Notes under the pieces: generated by a model | Databases searched by the model: none | The model's input: only the letters and a program-made list of their open reading frames with translations | What the model was told of the DNA's origin: nothing | Position numbers and translations under genes: made by a program | DNA from: Acanthaster planci | Taxonomy: Eukaryota | NCBI RefSeq assembly: GCF_001949145.1 | Contig: NW_019091362.1 | Span: 1,867,838-1,931,837, forward strand | Reading direction: 5' to 3' | DNA: 64,000 nt | Part shown: in pieces, positions 28,601 to 42,300 of the stretch | How positions within the stretch are numbered: position 1 is the first letter of the stretch | How the letters are laid out: the number at the start of each line of letters is the position of its first letter

Positions 28601-30105
28601 GCTAAAAAAACCATTAAAGAAAACCCAAATTGAAGAAAAAATTTCGACAAAATGAAACTTTTGCTTTTCATAATTCTCTCTTGAAGCTCGTGCCATTAGC
28701 CATCTAGGAGCATGCTGGACACAATCGGACGCTATTTGAAATGGGTAAATTTCACTGTAAAAGCCGCATAGTATAATTGTGATTTTGAAAAAGATTGACA
28801 CAACGACGGACAGCGGATCATACAAATGCGCCAAAACAATGGTTATCTCCGAATGGTAAATTTTGAGCAAAAACGAAAGATTTTACCCAAACCAAATATC
28901 TCCCTCCAGTTGGGCCCGCTAAACCTCAAATCTGCTGACTGCATCGACGGTTTCCCGCCACAACGTATGTTCATTATGAATTCCTTGCCCTCTTGCATCA
29001 TTCATTAAGTTATTTTATTATTGCTTGATAGGGATGAAGTTTTGTTTATGAGACCAATCTTTGCATTAGCTTCCCGGGGTCCAACCTCTGGGAATTTTCC
29101 TTTTTGCTTTCATTAGATAAAAATATGTGTAAAGATCCTACGAATGTATCTTGAAACTGAACTTGTCATGGTAACATCGCCACATAAGCTCTAGATTTGA
29201 CTTGTAAATTGTTCTTGGTAAGGACAATGGTTGAAAAGAACAGTCCTCATAACTTCCTTTCATGGTTTGAATATCACAATTTTGGCTTACCCAATAAGAA
29301 CATTGTACATCTAAATTTTACTGACATTTGATAAGTTCATTATAAATAACGACAATGTAAATATCCTCATCAAGTTCGAGAATGAAGTTTAAATATAAGT
29401 CAAGCATACCTCCCCCACTGAATAGATTTTACTGCAATGCCAAAATCTTCCACAAAGTAACTCTCTGACCCTAAACCTAAAAAACAAGGAAAAATACCAA
29501 TTACAATCTTTGTCACACCCTTTTCTCGTAGCATCCTTTAATGCAGGAAATACAACTCGTAAATGATATCTTGATGATGTGGAAATCTTTCCATTGCGCT
29601 GGTTGTTTTGTCTGGAGGGAATAAACGAAAGCCAAAATGTGATTTTTAGCAAATAAGCCCCCCAAATCTGTGTAAAACAAAGATATTTCGCTTTTGAAAG
29701 AGAATCTCTTGGCCAAGAAGGGGCAGGGGGCACGTAGTCCCCACATTTTCCACTCTAGGGAATGGCCCCCACTTTTGGACGTCCTATAATGGGGTGGGGC
29801 TTAATGGATCAGTCTTTTTAATGGCCAATGCCTGATGGTCTAACAACTGCCCCCACTTTGAAAATTGTTCTCTCGCTGCTGTATCAAACACGGCTGGTGT
29901 TGTTTAAGCATGACTGTTTATGTAGTACAGACTTTTTCAAAGCAGTCATTAAGGTATTATATGACTGTTTATTCCATTTCTGATGTGTGAAATATTTTTT
30001 TTTAAAAACTGGGAATAATTTCCTCGTTTGAAACGTTTATTGCAGCACACAAACTGAGTTCGATATCTTAACAATTGTATGGTCATATCACATGGCAACA
30101 CTTAC

Positions 30106-30386
30106 CTAATACGTCGTCCACTTGCCATGGCCTCTTGTTCCAATTGCTAACAGTCTCGACTGGCTAATCCAGCTATCCTCGCACTCAGCCACGACCTGCT
30201 GGACGCCCTCATTATCAAGCCCCATGATGAGTTTCTCACCGACAAGTTTCACCCACAGCTTTCGGTCCTCGGCAAGCCCTCGGCAGATAGACTGGTCGGC
30301 AGGCTCCACGAGGGTTTTACATTTCGTGGCTTCTTTGTCGTCGCACCTCTGGATCCGACAACCGGGATTCTTAGGACAGCCGAATT
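30106..30386 (-). CDS. Gene B last coding exon: divergent FAMeT-like domain C-terminal part and stop
   Basis: (E)FGCPKNPGCRIQRCDD...RKLWVKLVGEKLIMG...RLLAIGTRGHGKWTTY*; acceptor ttgcttccag; TAG followed directly by gtaagt. Confidence 0.8.
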
Positions 30387-33300
30387 CTGGAAGCAAATTC
30401 CACCACAGCGGCAAATTATGCAACTGAGAGCCTCCTTAAGATGACAAAAGATCTAGAGGCCCTGAAATTTGCCGGAAGGCCTTAACATTTATGGAACTCT
30501 GGACGTCTGCCTTATTGGCAGGGAACCGGTAGGATAGCAGTTGAGGGAATTGACAATACTCAATGCATGAGGTTATTATCACACCACTGTTAGACCGATG
30601 AAGCCTGAAGGATTTGGGACCATACATAGCGTTGCACTGGAGACACTGGTACAAAAGTTACCCTTGGAAACGGGAAAAAATCACCAGGAGAGTATAGTGC
30701 CAGCTTCAGGTTCTGGAAACAAAATGGCTTCTCATTTTGTTTATAGTGCAATGTAAAAACAGCCATTTGCTTTCTCCAAAAGCTTACTCAAACATATGTA
30801 AATTATGAATGTGCATGAATAGCAGAACACACAAAGCATGCAACAACCGGGGATTCAACTCTGTGTCACCCAGAGGGAGTTTGTGTGGTAAGAACTCTGG
30901 ATTTCTGTCTCCAGCGGCTGTACAAAGAACCAGATGTGTATTCCAGGCCATTAGACTGTTTGTTTTGCCTATGTTACTAGCCTTTTCATTAAAGAAGATA
31001 AAGTCTCACCTGCGATGATCTGTCCCTCTGCCTCATCACTTGACTGTATGGCCACCAGAGCAACTTCAGTGGAGGTCACTTGAAACTTGTAGTTCTTGTT
31101 TTCCACTCCCCCGAGGGGTATCCAGTTTGGGTCTGACGTAAAATTAAGGATGAGCGAGTTCCATTTGAATTTTGACAAACATTACGGTTGGACTTATAAG
31201 CCCACCAAAAGGAAGTCTATCAACATGATGTCCTCCTATTAGGCTTGGCCTACTGCCAATTTTTCAAAGTAATTACCTTTTTCAACATACGGCCTTACGC
31301 TTGCTTAGCAAAACCGTTAGGAACGATGGCTGCCGTAGAGGTAGGGTTCGACGTGCTTTCATTCAAACACATTTTCCTTCAAAACACGTTACCCGAAATT
31401 TTGTAAAGGAAAAACGTTGCTGTACACCACCCGGAGCTTTCACGATAAAAACAGATTTGGTAGATACAAAATTCCTGCGGATATCAAGAATTCTATAGAC
31501 GAAGTAAATCACTACAATAAAGTCCTCAAGATTCTGTGAGTTATTATTAAGAAACATCTAAGGATGAGTGAATGAAGGCTTACAGTGTATTTCCACCACT
31601 TGTTCCTCGATGTGCGTAACGGTGACAGATACATCGATGTATTTTGGCCTAAACAAGACGTCGGGAATCTTCCCTCTCAAAAGTTCGCTGGCTTCACCCT
31701 TGATACCAAATTCGAACCAGAACTCTTCACTGGTGCAGGCTGGTAGCTTGATCCAGAATGACTTTCTACCACTGTTGAGGATGCCGCTGCGGGTTGCCAC
31801 TTTCTCACCTAGGATCTGGCCGTCATACTGCATGTAACTCCACTCCTTCTCTATGACTGTGGCAGTTGCAAAATAGAATATCGACGGAATGTCAACAAGG
31901 ATGTCTTGGTTTGATTGGTCTTGGTTTGTCTAGTTCAGCTGAAACGTCAACTGCTAAAGAATACTGCTGGGTGTAAGTAAATGAGGAAATGATGCCAGCC
32001 CAATTCAAAACTCAAGCTGAAGCTAATAGCATATTTTGCTTTTTCTTCTTTGTTACCGTAAATACCTGCACCATAAATTGTTTGTTCATTTATCTTAAAT
32101 TTAACACAATAACTACTGATCTGAAATAAATTGGCGTAAAATGGTTTACTGACGACAATCATTGAAAAATAAATTACCACACTGTGATCAACAGAGGCAA
32201 GGATAGGTGCTTGTGTTTAATTCGCCTCCGTATTTATCGTTCTGGTATTGATATACTGGCTGGCAAAAAAATGAAATATTCAGTATCCAAATTGACATGT
32301 CAGGGCCACCGGTCCCTACATGATGGGATGGGGACCAGTCTAACCGTTGCTAAGGAAATAGTGCCCTCTTTTGGCCCAGCTCGAGGCCCATTGACGTTGT
32401 GCCGTACTCACTGTTGAACTGACTCTGCGTGATATCCTAACAAATTGTACACAGTTTAAGATTTCTTTTGAATGTAAAGTGAAACCACTGTGAGGCCCAT
32501 ACTCACCAAACGACAACGTCCTTCCCTTGTCCGAGCCCCTTTGCTCAGTCAAGCGGAATATTATGCCGTCCTCGGGGTCCAATGCAAAACTGACACTTGT
32601 CTCGTAGCCAGCAATTCCCTCAACCTCCTGGAACTGGCCCGGCTTTAAGGTGATTGTCTTCCTCTCTGTCTCTTCCTTGGTCTCTGAATGAGTAAAAACC
32701 CGACTGTGCCAAGTATTTCAGAGCGCTTTAGCCTCCATCCACGTGACGATAAAATTGATTGCGACCGATGGCCTTATTTAGAAATGTTTCTCACCTTTTA
32801 GATAAAGAGTTCTGGCTAATTCCCACCCTGAAGCCTATGTTTCAATGTGAAAATGAAATCGGCTATGTTTTTCTTCTACCCGTGTTGTTGGTAATTTGAT
32901 TCTCATAGATCAAGCTAAAGAAATGACAAAAAAACCTACCAATTATGATCTCTCTGCCGCCGCCATTGCCTACCGTTTGTTAAGAAAGAAGAGGAGAGAA
33001 AAATCATGAAGTGCCGCAAAAACTACAAAAGTCAAGTGAAGCTACATGCAATGATATTCGGCAGCAAGGACGACGTCCTTTTGTTTTAAGCCCAATCTTG
33101 TTAAAAGTGGGAAACTCCGAAAATGTCAACTCTGTTGTGTAAAATGTAAAAAATCATCTGTTCAGATACTAACCTTGAGATCCATTTTTCTTCTGGTGTT
33201 TCTTTCCTTTAATTAAAACAAAGCGACTTAATACGATAAAGTCTAAATTTGATGCACAGGGAATGATGATGCGCGTATCTGCCAAACTTTACATACTCTG

Positions 33301-36300
33301 CATCCCTAGTTGGATTTCAATTTTTATGTGAAATTGTCCAATAATCTGTTTTCCATTGAATTAATTCCTATCATAGCAGCATCAACTTTATCTTCTAAGA
33401 AGCTAACCTTTAGATTTCAGTTTCTTGTTGTGTTTCTTGCCTGGAACCAAAAACAGAAAAACGTGATACGGTAACATGTAGCTTAGTTATTTAACAGTCA
33501 ACGATGTGAAGTGTCCTTGTCTGCCTATATTGTTCAGCTTGAACAGTTTTATGAGAGACTTCCTGCTAGAAATATTAGAGTATGGAATATATTGTATTGA
33601 ATTTACAAGTGATCATCAATTATCAAAACAAACTTCTATCCATTTAAAATATTTGAAAATTTACAGTCAGGAAAGCCAGTTGTCTAAGACTTGACGGCCT
33701 AGATCCTTACTACTCTGATAAAAAATTAACACCCTTCCTATCCATGTGAAGGGAAGAATATCTTAGTCAAGACAGTTGATGAGAGAAAAACTGTAAGTCA
33801 GATTTGAAGCTTTGCATGGTGGAATTTACATGAGATATAGGCTTGCAGGTACACCATGGAATCAGGCCCATTTGAAACAGGAGTGATTCTTAGAAGAACC
33901 GGTAGGTGTTTTCTTGCCATTTCGGCAAGGACGCTTTGGCCATCCTCAGGAAAACTGTATAAACCCAACAGATGGTAAAGCAAAAAGCAAAGTTAAATTG
34001 AAAAGTTTTACCTTTTCCATTCCTGGAGATGGAAAACGAGAAGCTCCTCGATCTGCCACCTAAAAAATAAAAAAGATGTAGTACTCTTTAATTTTAGTTG
34101 CCTCGCCATTATGTCAACCAACATTTGTAACCGGATTTCAATTTTTATGTGAACTTGTCCAATAATTCGTTGTCAAAGGAATTAACCCCTATCATAGCAG
34201 CATCAGCTATATCTTCTCAGAAACTAACCTTTAGATTTCAGTTTCTTGTAGTGTTTCTTGCCTGGAACCAAAAATAGAAAAACGTGATACGGTAGTGTGT
34301 AGCTTAGTTATTTAACAGTCAGCGATGTTAGGTGCGTCTGTGTGAACATAATTTTTCTTGTCTTGAACAGTGTCATCAGAGACTTTCCGCTAGCATTATG
34401 AAAGTATGACAAATCCTGTATTCGATTTACAAGTGATCGTCAACTTTCAAAACATAAATTCTACCCACTACAAATATATGAAAATCTACAGTCAGGAAAG
34501 CCTTTTGTCTATAACCTTTCCAGTCTAAGACTTGACGTTGTAAATCATTTTGATGCAAAATTAACACCTTTCCTAAAAATGTGAAGGGAAGAATATCTTA
34601 GTCAAGACAGTTGATGAGTGAAAAACTGTAAGTCAGATTTGAAGCTTTNNNNNNNNNNNNNNNNNNNNNNNNNNNNNNNNNNNNNNNNNNNNNNNNNNNN
34701 NNNNNNNNNNNNNNNNNNNNNNNNNNNNNNNNNNNNNNNNNNNNNNNNNNNNNNNNNNNNNNNNNNNNNNNNGGAATCAGTCCCTTTGAAAAAGGTGTGG
34801 TTCTTAGAAGAACCGGTGGGTGTTGACTCCCCATTTCGGCTAGGATGCTCTGGCTGTCTTTGGGAAGACTGTATATACCCGAGAGATATTAAAGCAAAAG
34901 CAAAGTTAAATTCAAAAAGGTTTACCTTTTCCATTCGTGGAGATGGAAAACGAGAAGCTCCTCGATCTGCCACCTAAAAAATAAAAAAGATGTAGTACTC
35001 TTTAATTTTAGTTGCCTCGCCATTATGTCAACCAACATTTGAAATCGAATTTCAATTTTTATGTGAAAATGTTCAATAAACCGTTTTTCAATGAACTAAA
35101 CCCGTTCCTAGCAGCATAAGGTAAATCTTATAACAAACTAACCTTTAGATTTCAGTTTCTTGTTGTGTTTCTTGCCTGGAACCAAAAACAGAAAAACGTG
35201 AAACGGTAAAGTGTAGCTTTGTTGCTTAACAGTCAACGATGTTTAAGTGTGTCTGTGTGCTATTACTATCTTTTAGCTTGAAGAAATTCATCAGAGACTT
35301 TCCGCTAGAAATATTAGAGTATGGAAAATCTTGTATTCGATTTAGAAGTGATCGTCAATTATCAAAACACAAATTCTATCCACTAAAAATATATGAAAAT
35401 CTACAGTCAGGAAAGCCTTTTGTCTAACCTTTCCAGTCAGAAACTTGACGGTCTAGATCCTTACTACTTTGATACCAAATCAACACCCTTCCTATCTTTC
35501 TGCATGAGATTTAGGCTTTCGGGTACACCATGGAATCAGTCCTTTTGGAAGATGTGGTTCTTAAAAGAACCGGTGGGTGTTGACTTGCCATTTCGGCAAG
35601 GACGCTCTGGCCGTCCTTTGGAAAACTGTATATACCCAACAGGTGTAAGCAAAGTGAAATCGAAAAGATTTACCTTTTCCATTCCTGGAGATGGAAAACG
35701 AGAAGCTCCTCGATCTGCCACCTAAAAAATAAAAAAGATGTAGTACTCTTTGATTTTAGTTGCCTCGCCATTATGTCAACTAACATCTGAAATCGAATTT
35801 CAATTTTTATGTGAAATAGTCCAATAATCCACTTTCCAATGAAGTAATCCCGTTCCTAGCAGCATAAACTATATCTCATAACAAACTAACCTTTAGACTT
35901 GAGTTTCTTGAGGTGTTTCTTGCCTGGAAACAAAAAAACCAGAAAAACGTGATAGAGTAAAGTGTAGCTTTCTTGCTTAATAGTCAACGATGTTATGTGT
36001 GTTTGTTTGGCAATTTTTTTCAGCCTGAAAAGTTTCATCAGAGAATTTTTGCTAGCATTATGAAAGTGTAGCAAATCCTGTATTCGATTTACAAGTGATC
36101 ATCAATTATCAAAACATAAATTCTATCCACTACAATTATATGAAAATCTACAGTCAGTAAAGTTTTTTGTCCAAAACCTTTCCAGTCTAAGACTTGACGG
36201 TGTAAATCCTTTTGATACAAAATTAACACCCTTCCTATACATGTGAAGGGAAGAATATCTTAGTCAAGACAGTTAATGAGTGAAAAACGGTAAGTCAGAT

Positions 36301-39300
36301 TTGAATTTTGCATGGTGGAATTTACATGAGATATAGGCTTGCAAGTACACCATGGAATCAGTCCCTTTGAAAAAGGTGTGATTCTTAGAAGAACCGGTGG
36401 GTGTTGACTCCCCATTTCGGCAAGGATGCTCTGGCTGTCTTCGGGAAGACTGTATATACCCGACAGATATTAAAGCAAAAGCAAAGTTAAATTCAAAAAG
36501 GTTTACCTTTTCCATTCGTGGAGATGGAAAACGAGAAACTCCTCGATCTGCCAGCTAAAAAATGAAAAAGATGTAGTACTCTTTAATTTTAGGTGCCTCG
36601 CCATTATGTCAACCACCATTTGAAATCGAATTTCAATGTTTATGTGAAATGTTCAATAAACCGTTTTCCAATGAACTAAACCCGTTCCTAGCAGCATAAG
36701 GTAAATCTCATAACAAACTAACCTTTAGTTTTCAGTTTCTTGAGGTGTTTCTTGCCTGGAACCAAAAACAGAAAAACGTGATACGGTAAAGATTAGCTTT
36801 GTTGCTTAACAGTCAACGATGTTTAAGTGTGTCTGTATGCTAATAATATCTTTTAGCTTGAAGAGATTCATCAGAGACTTTCCGCTAGAAATATTAGAGT
36901 ATGGAAAATCTTGTATTCAATTTACAAGTGATCGTCAATTATCAAAACACAAACNNNNNNNNNNNNNNNNNNNNNNNNNNNNNNNNNNNNNNNNNNNNNN
37001 NNNNNNNNNNNNNNNNNNNNNNNNNNNNNNNNNNNNNNNNNNNNNNNNNNNNNNNNNNNNNNNNNNNNNNNNNNNNNNNNNNNNNNNNNNNNNNNNNNNN
37101 NNNNNNNNNNNNNNNNNNNNNNNNNNNNNNNNNNNNNNNNNNNNNNNNNNNNNNNNNNNNNNNNNNNNNNNNNNNNNNNNNNNNNNNNNNNNNNNNNNNN
37201 NNGATGCCAAATCAACACCCTTCCTATCTATTTACATGAGATTTAGGCTTTCGGGTACACCATGGAATCAGTCCCTTTGGAAGATGTGGTTCTTAGAAGA
37301 ACTGGTGGGTGTTGACTTACCATTTCGGCAAGGACGCTCCGGCCGTCCTCTGGCAAACTGTATATACTCAACAGATGTTAAAGCAAAAGCAAAGTTAAAT
37401 TGAAAAGGTTTACCTTTTCCATTCCTGGAGATGGAAAACGAGAAGCTCCTCGATCTGCCACCTAAAAATAAAAAAGATGTAGTACTCTTTAATTTTAGTT
37501 GCCTCGCCATTATGTCAACTAACATCTGAAATCGAATTTCAATTTTTATGTGAAATAGTCCAATAATCCAGTTTCCAATTAACTAATCCCGTTCCTAGCA
37601 GCATAAGCTATATCTCGTAACAAACTAACCTTTAGACTTGAGTTTCTTGAGGTGTTTCTTGCCTGGAAACAAAAAACAGAAAAACGTGATAGAGTAAAGT
37701 GTAGCTTTCTTGCTTAATAGTCAACGGTGTTAAGTGTGTTTGTCTGGCAATTGTTTCAGCTTGAAAAGTTTCATCAGAGAATTTCTGCTAACATTTTGAA
37801 AGTGTAGCAAATCCTGTATTCGATTTACAAGTGATCATCAATTATCAAAACATAAATCCTATCCACTACAATTATATGAAAATCTACAGTCAGGAAAGCC
37901 TTTTGTCCAAAACCTTTCCAGTCTAAGACTTGACGGTGTAAATCTTTTTGATACAAACTTAACACCCTTCCTATACATGTGAAGGGAAGAACATCTTAGT
38001 CAAGACAGTTGATGAGTGAAAAACTGTAAGTCAGATTTGAATTTTGCATGGTGGAATTTACATGAGATATAGGCTTGCAAGTACACCATGGAATCAGTCC
38101 CTTTGAAAAAGGTGTGATTCTTAGAAGAACCGGTGGGTGTTGACTCCCCATTTCGGCAAGGATGCTCTGGCTGTCTTCGGGAAGACTGTATATACCCGAC
38201 AGATATTAAAGCAAAAGCAAAGTTAAATTCAAAAAGGTTTACCTTTTCCATTCGTGGAGATGGAAAACGAGAAGCTCCTCGATCTGCCACCTAAAAAATA
38301 AAAAAGATGTAGTACTCTTTAATTTTAGGTGCCTTGCCATTATTTCAACCAACATTTGAAATCGAATTTCAATTTTTATGTGAAATAGTCCAATAATCCA
38401 GTTTCCAATGAACTAATCCCATTCCTAGCAGCATAAGCCAAATTTCATACCAAACTAACCTTTAGACTTGAGTTTCTTGTAGTGTTTCTTGCCTGGAACC
38501 AAAAAACAGAAAAACGTGATAGAGTAAAGTGTAGCTTTCTTGCTTAATAGTCAACGATGTTAAATATATTTGTCTGCCAATTGTTTCAGCTTGAAGAGTT
38601 TCATCAGAGACTTTCTGCTAGCATTATGAAACCATAGCCTGTATTCGATTTACAAGTGATCATCAATTATCAAAACATAAATTCTATCCACTACAAATAT
38701 ATGAAAATCTACACTCAGGAAAGCCTTTTGTCCAACCTTCTCAGTTTGAGACGTGCCAGCCTAGATCCTTTTTACTTGAATAGAAAAATACACCCTTCCA
38801 ATCCATTTGAAGTGAAAAATATCTTATTCAAAACAGTTAGCCTAAAAAGAGCAAAAATGTAGATACCCGACAAATATTAAGGCAAGAGGAAGGTTCAATA
38901 AAAAAATGTTTACCTTTTCTATTCTTGGAGATGGAAAAGGAGAAGCTGATCGATCGCGACTTGCCTGGTAAAAATTTTAAAAATGTAGTACTTTTAATTT
39001 TGTGAGCCCAAGTTCATGACAACTTATATTTTAAACTAGATTTGAATTCACATGTGTCACTGCCTTATTACCCATTTATTTATGAAGATTATTCCTCTAT
39101 AAACACCATTTGATTTATTTTCAAAGAAAGTAACTTGGATATTTCAGTTTCCTGTGGCATCTTTTTCCTGGAATCGAAAATAGAAAAAAGGCCTACGGTA
39201 AGTTATTAATTTGATGCACAGTGAATGATATTACATGTGTGGAGTTCCTCCTGATAAAGCTAAAAATTGAATTTTACAAATGTTTACGTATACGTCTCAG

Positions 39301-42300
39301 ATTTGACACTAATTGCTCTCTCTCTCAATGGGTTTCCTTACATACCTCTAGTCTTAGGCTTCTTTGGGCGTTTCTTTCCTTGAAAAGAAAAGGCAGTATT
39401 CAGAGTGAGAGATGGTCTTGTTTTGTTTGAATTTGATTTTGACTTTTAGCATGCAAGCTGGAACTTTTTCTAATTCATAAATAGTGTTTTGCCTATTTAC
39501 AAAACTAGTTTAGTTCCAGTGATGGATTTAAGAAATAGCTTGTTTCACTTAACGAAGCATGAATTCCGTCGATGCCTACATCTCTTCAGTTTAAAGTAAT
39601 GCAGTGGACAGTTGCTGCCAAACTATGTGCCCTAAGATGGTGAGAATGTCTTTAGACTCTATTTTGGACAAGCTGAAGTAATATAGCCAATATTTTTACT
39701 ATCAGTTATAGGGACTTTTAATATGAACTCATATTGAGAAACATTTCCACGATTTACTCTTTTCAGCGTCTTAATAGCGAGGAAAGTACCGCATTCACAC
39801 GCAACGTTCAGTCCGAAATAAGACAACGCGCCTAATACCCTAACTCTGCGAGTGACATTGGGCAACTTCTCAATCCATTGAAACTTGTGTTTCTCTTCGA
39901 CTGAATGATAATTACAGACTAATTTATGATTTTTGCACTGCCCGACGTACACTAAATTAAATAACTACAGACTATTTATTAAGCGCTTTTAACAATAATC
40001 AAATCGCTGCAAAAATAGGATACAAACAATAAAAGCATTTGATAATAAGACGAGCTTTGAGGCTAGGTTTATCAAATGAAAAGATGATTTTGTGCAAAGT
40101 CATGGAAAAGGCACTCATAACGAGAATCCTGTGTGATGAGGATCTTATTCCACTCTCTTGGGCCAGCAATGGAGAGTGCCTTAACACCTGTCGTTTTTAT
40201 GTTTATGGGTACATATAAAAGCAGGACTCATGGGTTGTAGACATAAAACCGTTTTCTACCTGATTGATATGGGATAAGTAAATCGGTTAGGTAAGAATTC
40301 ACTCCTGTGGATTACACCCACACAGGATGAATTTGAATTCAATGCGGGTTTCATTGGTCAGTTTGTGTAGCGGATGAATAAGAAGTGTGGTATATCAGTA
40401 GATTAGTCAATACTGAAGATCAGTTTAGCTGCAGGGTTCTGAAGATCGTGTGGCCTGTATCCCTCTCCTTAATTGATTGATATACCGTGTAATAAAAAGT
40501 TGCTGTAATTGAGGCAAAATGTGATTAAAGTGTCGATTGATAATGAAATTCTAACACAATTAAAATCGCGCAGGTGAATATTGATGTAACGCATTGTGAC
40601 AGTGACATAGTGGAGTGAATATCACACCAATATCTCTGAAAATGGATTATGGGGTTTGACTATGGACACTGTCCTAGTCAAAATTCCTGGTCAGATAGAG
40701 AAATGTTCAATTTTGTCGGCATTCAGTTGTAGCTTGTTAGCACACATCCAGAGGTTAATGTCCAATATACATGCTGAAATTTTGTCGAGCTTTGGAATCT
40801 CCAAGAAGCAAAAGTTCTTAGAGCTGCATGAAGTTATATACCATCGGCGTAAATGCGACAGTGAAGATGTCGATGCAGGATGATATCTGAAACCCGTTTG
40901 GCTTAGAAAGGCCCAAAACAACCAAGGGTTCATCCAAAAATACCTAGGAATACGAACTTTCACCGACATGGTGATTCAGACAATTTAAGAAATTTTCTCA
41001 TTGAATTTTGACAAGAATATCATACTGGATATCAAAATTTATTTAGGTTATCTACATCAAGATTTTTCTTTTTATCGGAGTGACGATGGCCTGAGACGAG
41101 TCAAGCAGGAATGTTCCTGTTGTCAGAGAGGATTTTAAAAACACTGTCATTTGCTCGTCTTGTAGGCATTGAATCTGGAAAACATGCACATAATTTTGCA
41201 GAGGAACAGTGATTTACTGCACAATTCCCTATTCGTCAAAAGATCTGAATTCTAACAATGGACGAACCATGTTTTCAGGAAGAAAGTCAAAAGAATTAGA
41301 TTGCTCAGTGCTATCAATGCCATACCAAATAGAAATCACGAACCTTTGTACTTCTTGATGGGTTTCCTGAAGCGCTTCTTTCCTGAGGGAAGATATAAGA
41401 CACAATCTTGGAAAGCGAATTAACAAATTTGGGAAGGTTTTTAGGAATACCTCTCGGTGACACTTGAACCAAGCTTCAAAATTAAGCAACAAGAAAATGG
41501 CACCACATCAAATGTTTACAAATTTTTTTAACTGAAATGAACATCATTCTGGGGAGATATGGTATTTCCAAACATAAGCACACCCACTTAGGTTCAAGTT
41601 TTAAGAATTTTACGAGGAAGCCATTTAAAAAAGAGTGTTTTGTTACGTAAGACCACACACAGAGACTCTGGTGGCTTTTTAGTGAGAGACAACAGTCCTC
41701 ATACTATTCAGATATATTTTTATTTAAATAAGAGCACATTTCCAATTTTTTATCTTTGCAAAATGTTGGATCCTGCTCTGTGAAGCAAACCCGTCTTTAT
41801 ACGCACACCATTAGCCGTACGGAAGCATGGAGGACACATGGGAGGTCGCTAATTGAAGTGGGTAAATTTGGAGCAAACACAGAAGCTTCTACCCAAACCA
41901 AATAGCGCCCTCCTATTGTGTCTGTCATGCTTCTAAAAGGCTCGTGCCAGTTATACGTGCATATTATGCTGCTATGAGTTTACTACGGAAGCTTACAAGG
42001 GCAGTTGCAAATTTCTTTCGAGTTACTGTATCGCTGCGGCGAGATACTCGCCGCAGCGAGATTGTAAGTAGAAAAAAATTCAAAGGGTCCTTGTAAGCTT
42101 CGTTAGTTTACATCGGCGATTGACACGGGCGTTAGTGTTCTTTTGACCTTGGGGAGTATCACAGAAACAATATCGAATATCGCGCGACTTTAATACTCAG
42201 GGCAATTCGAGGTACAGAATCTGTGGGAGAGATGTTACATAACAACTATAGACTTTTTCTTGGCGTGGTAAAGCCAGCAAACGTTTTCAGTAATCCACAG

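Noticed and set aside
33310..39200. CRISPR array or ORF-track proteins such as MADRGASRFPSP...
   Set aside because: Eukaryotic context, whole units are repeated with no unique spacers, and those ORFs read the microexons in the wrong frame into introns
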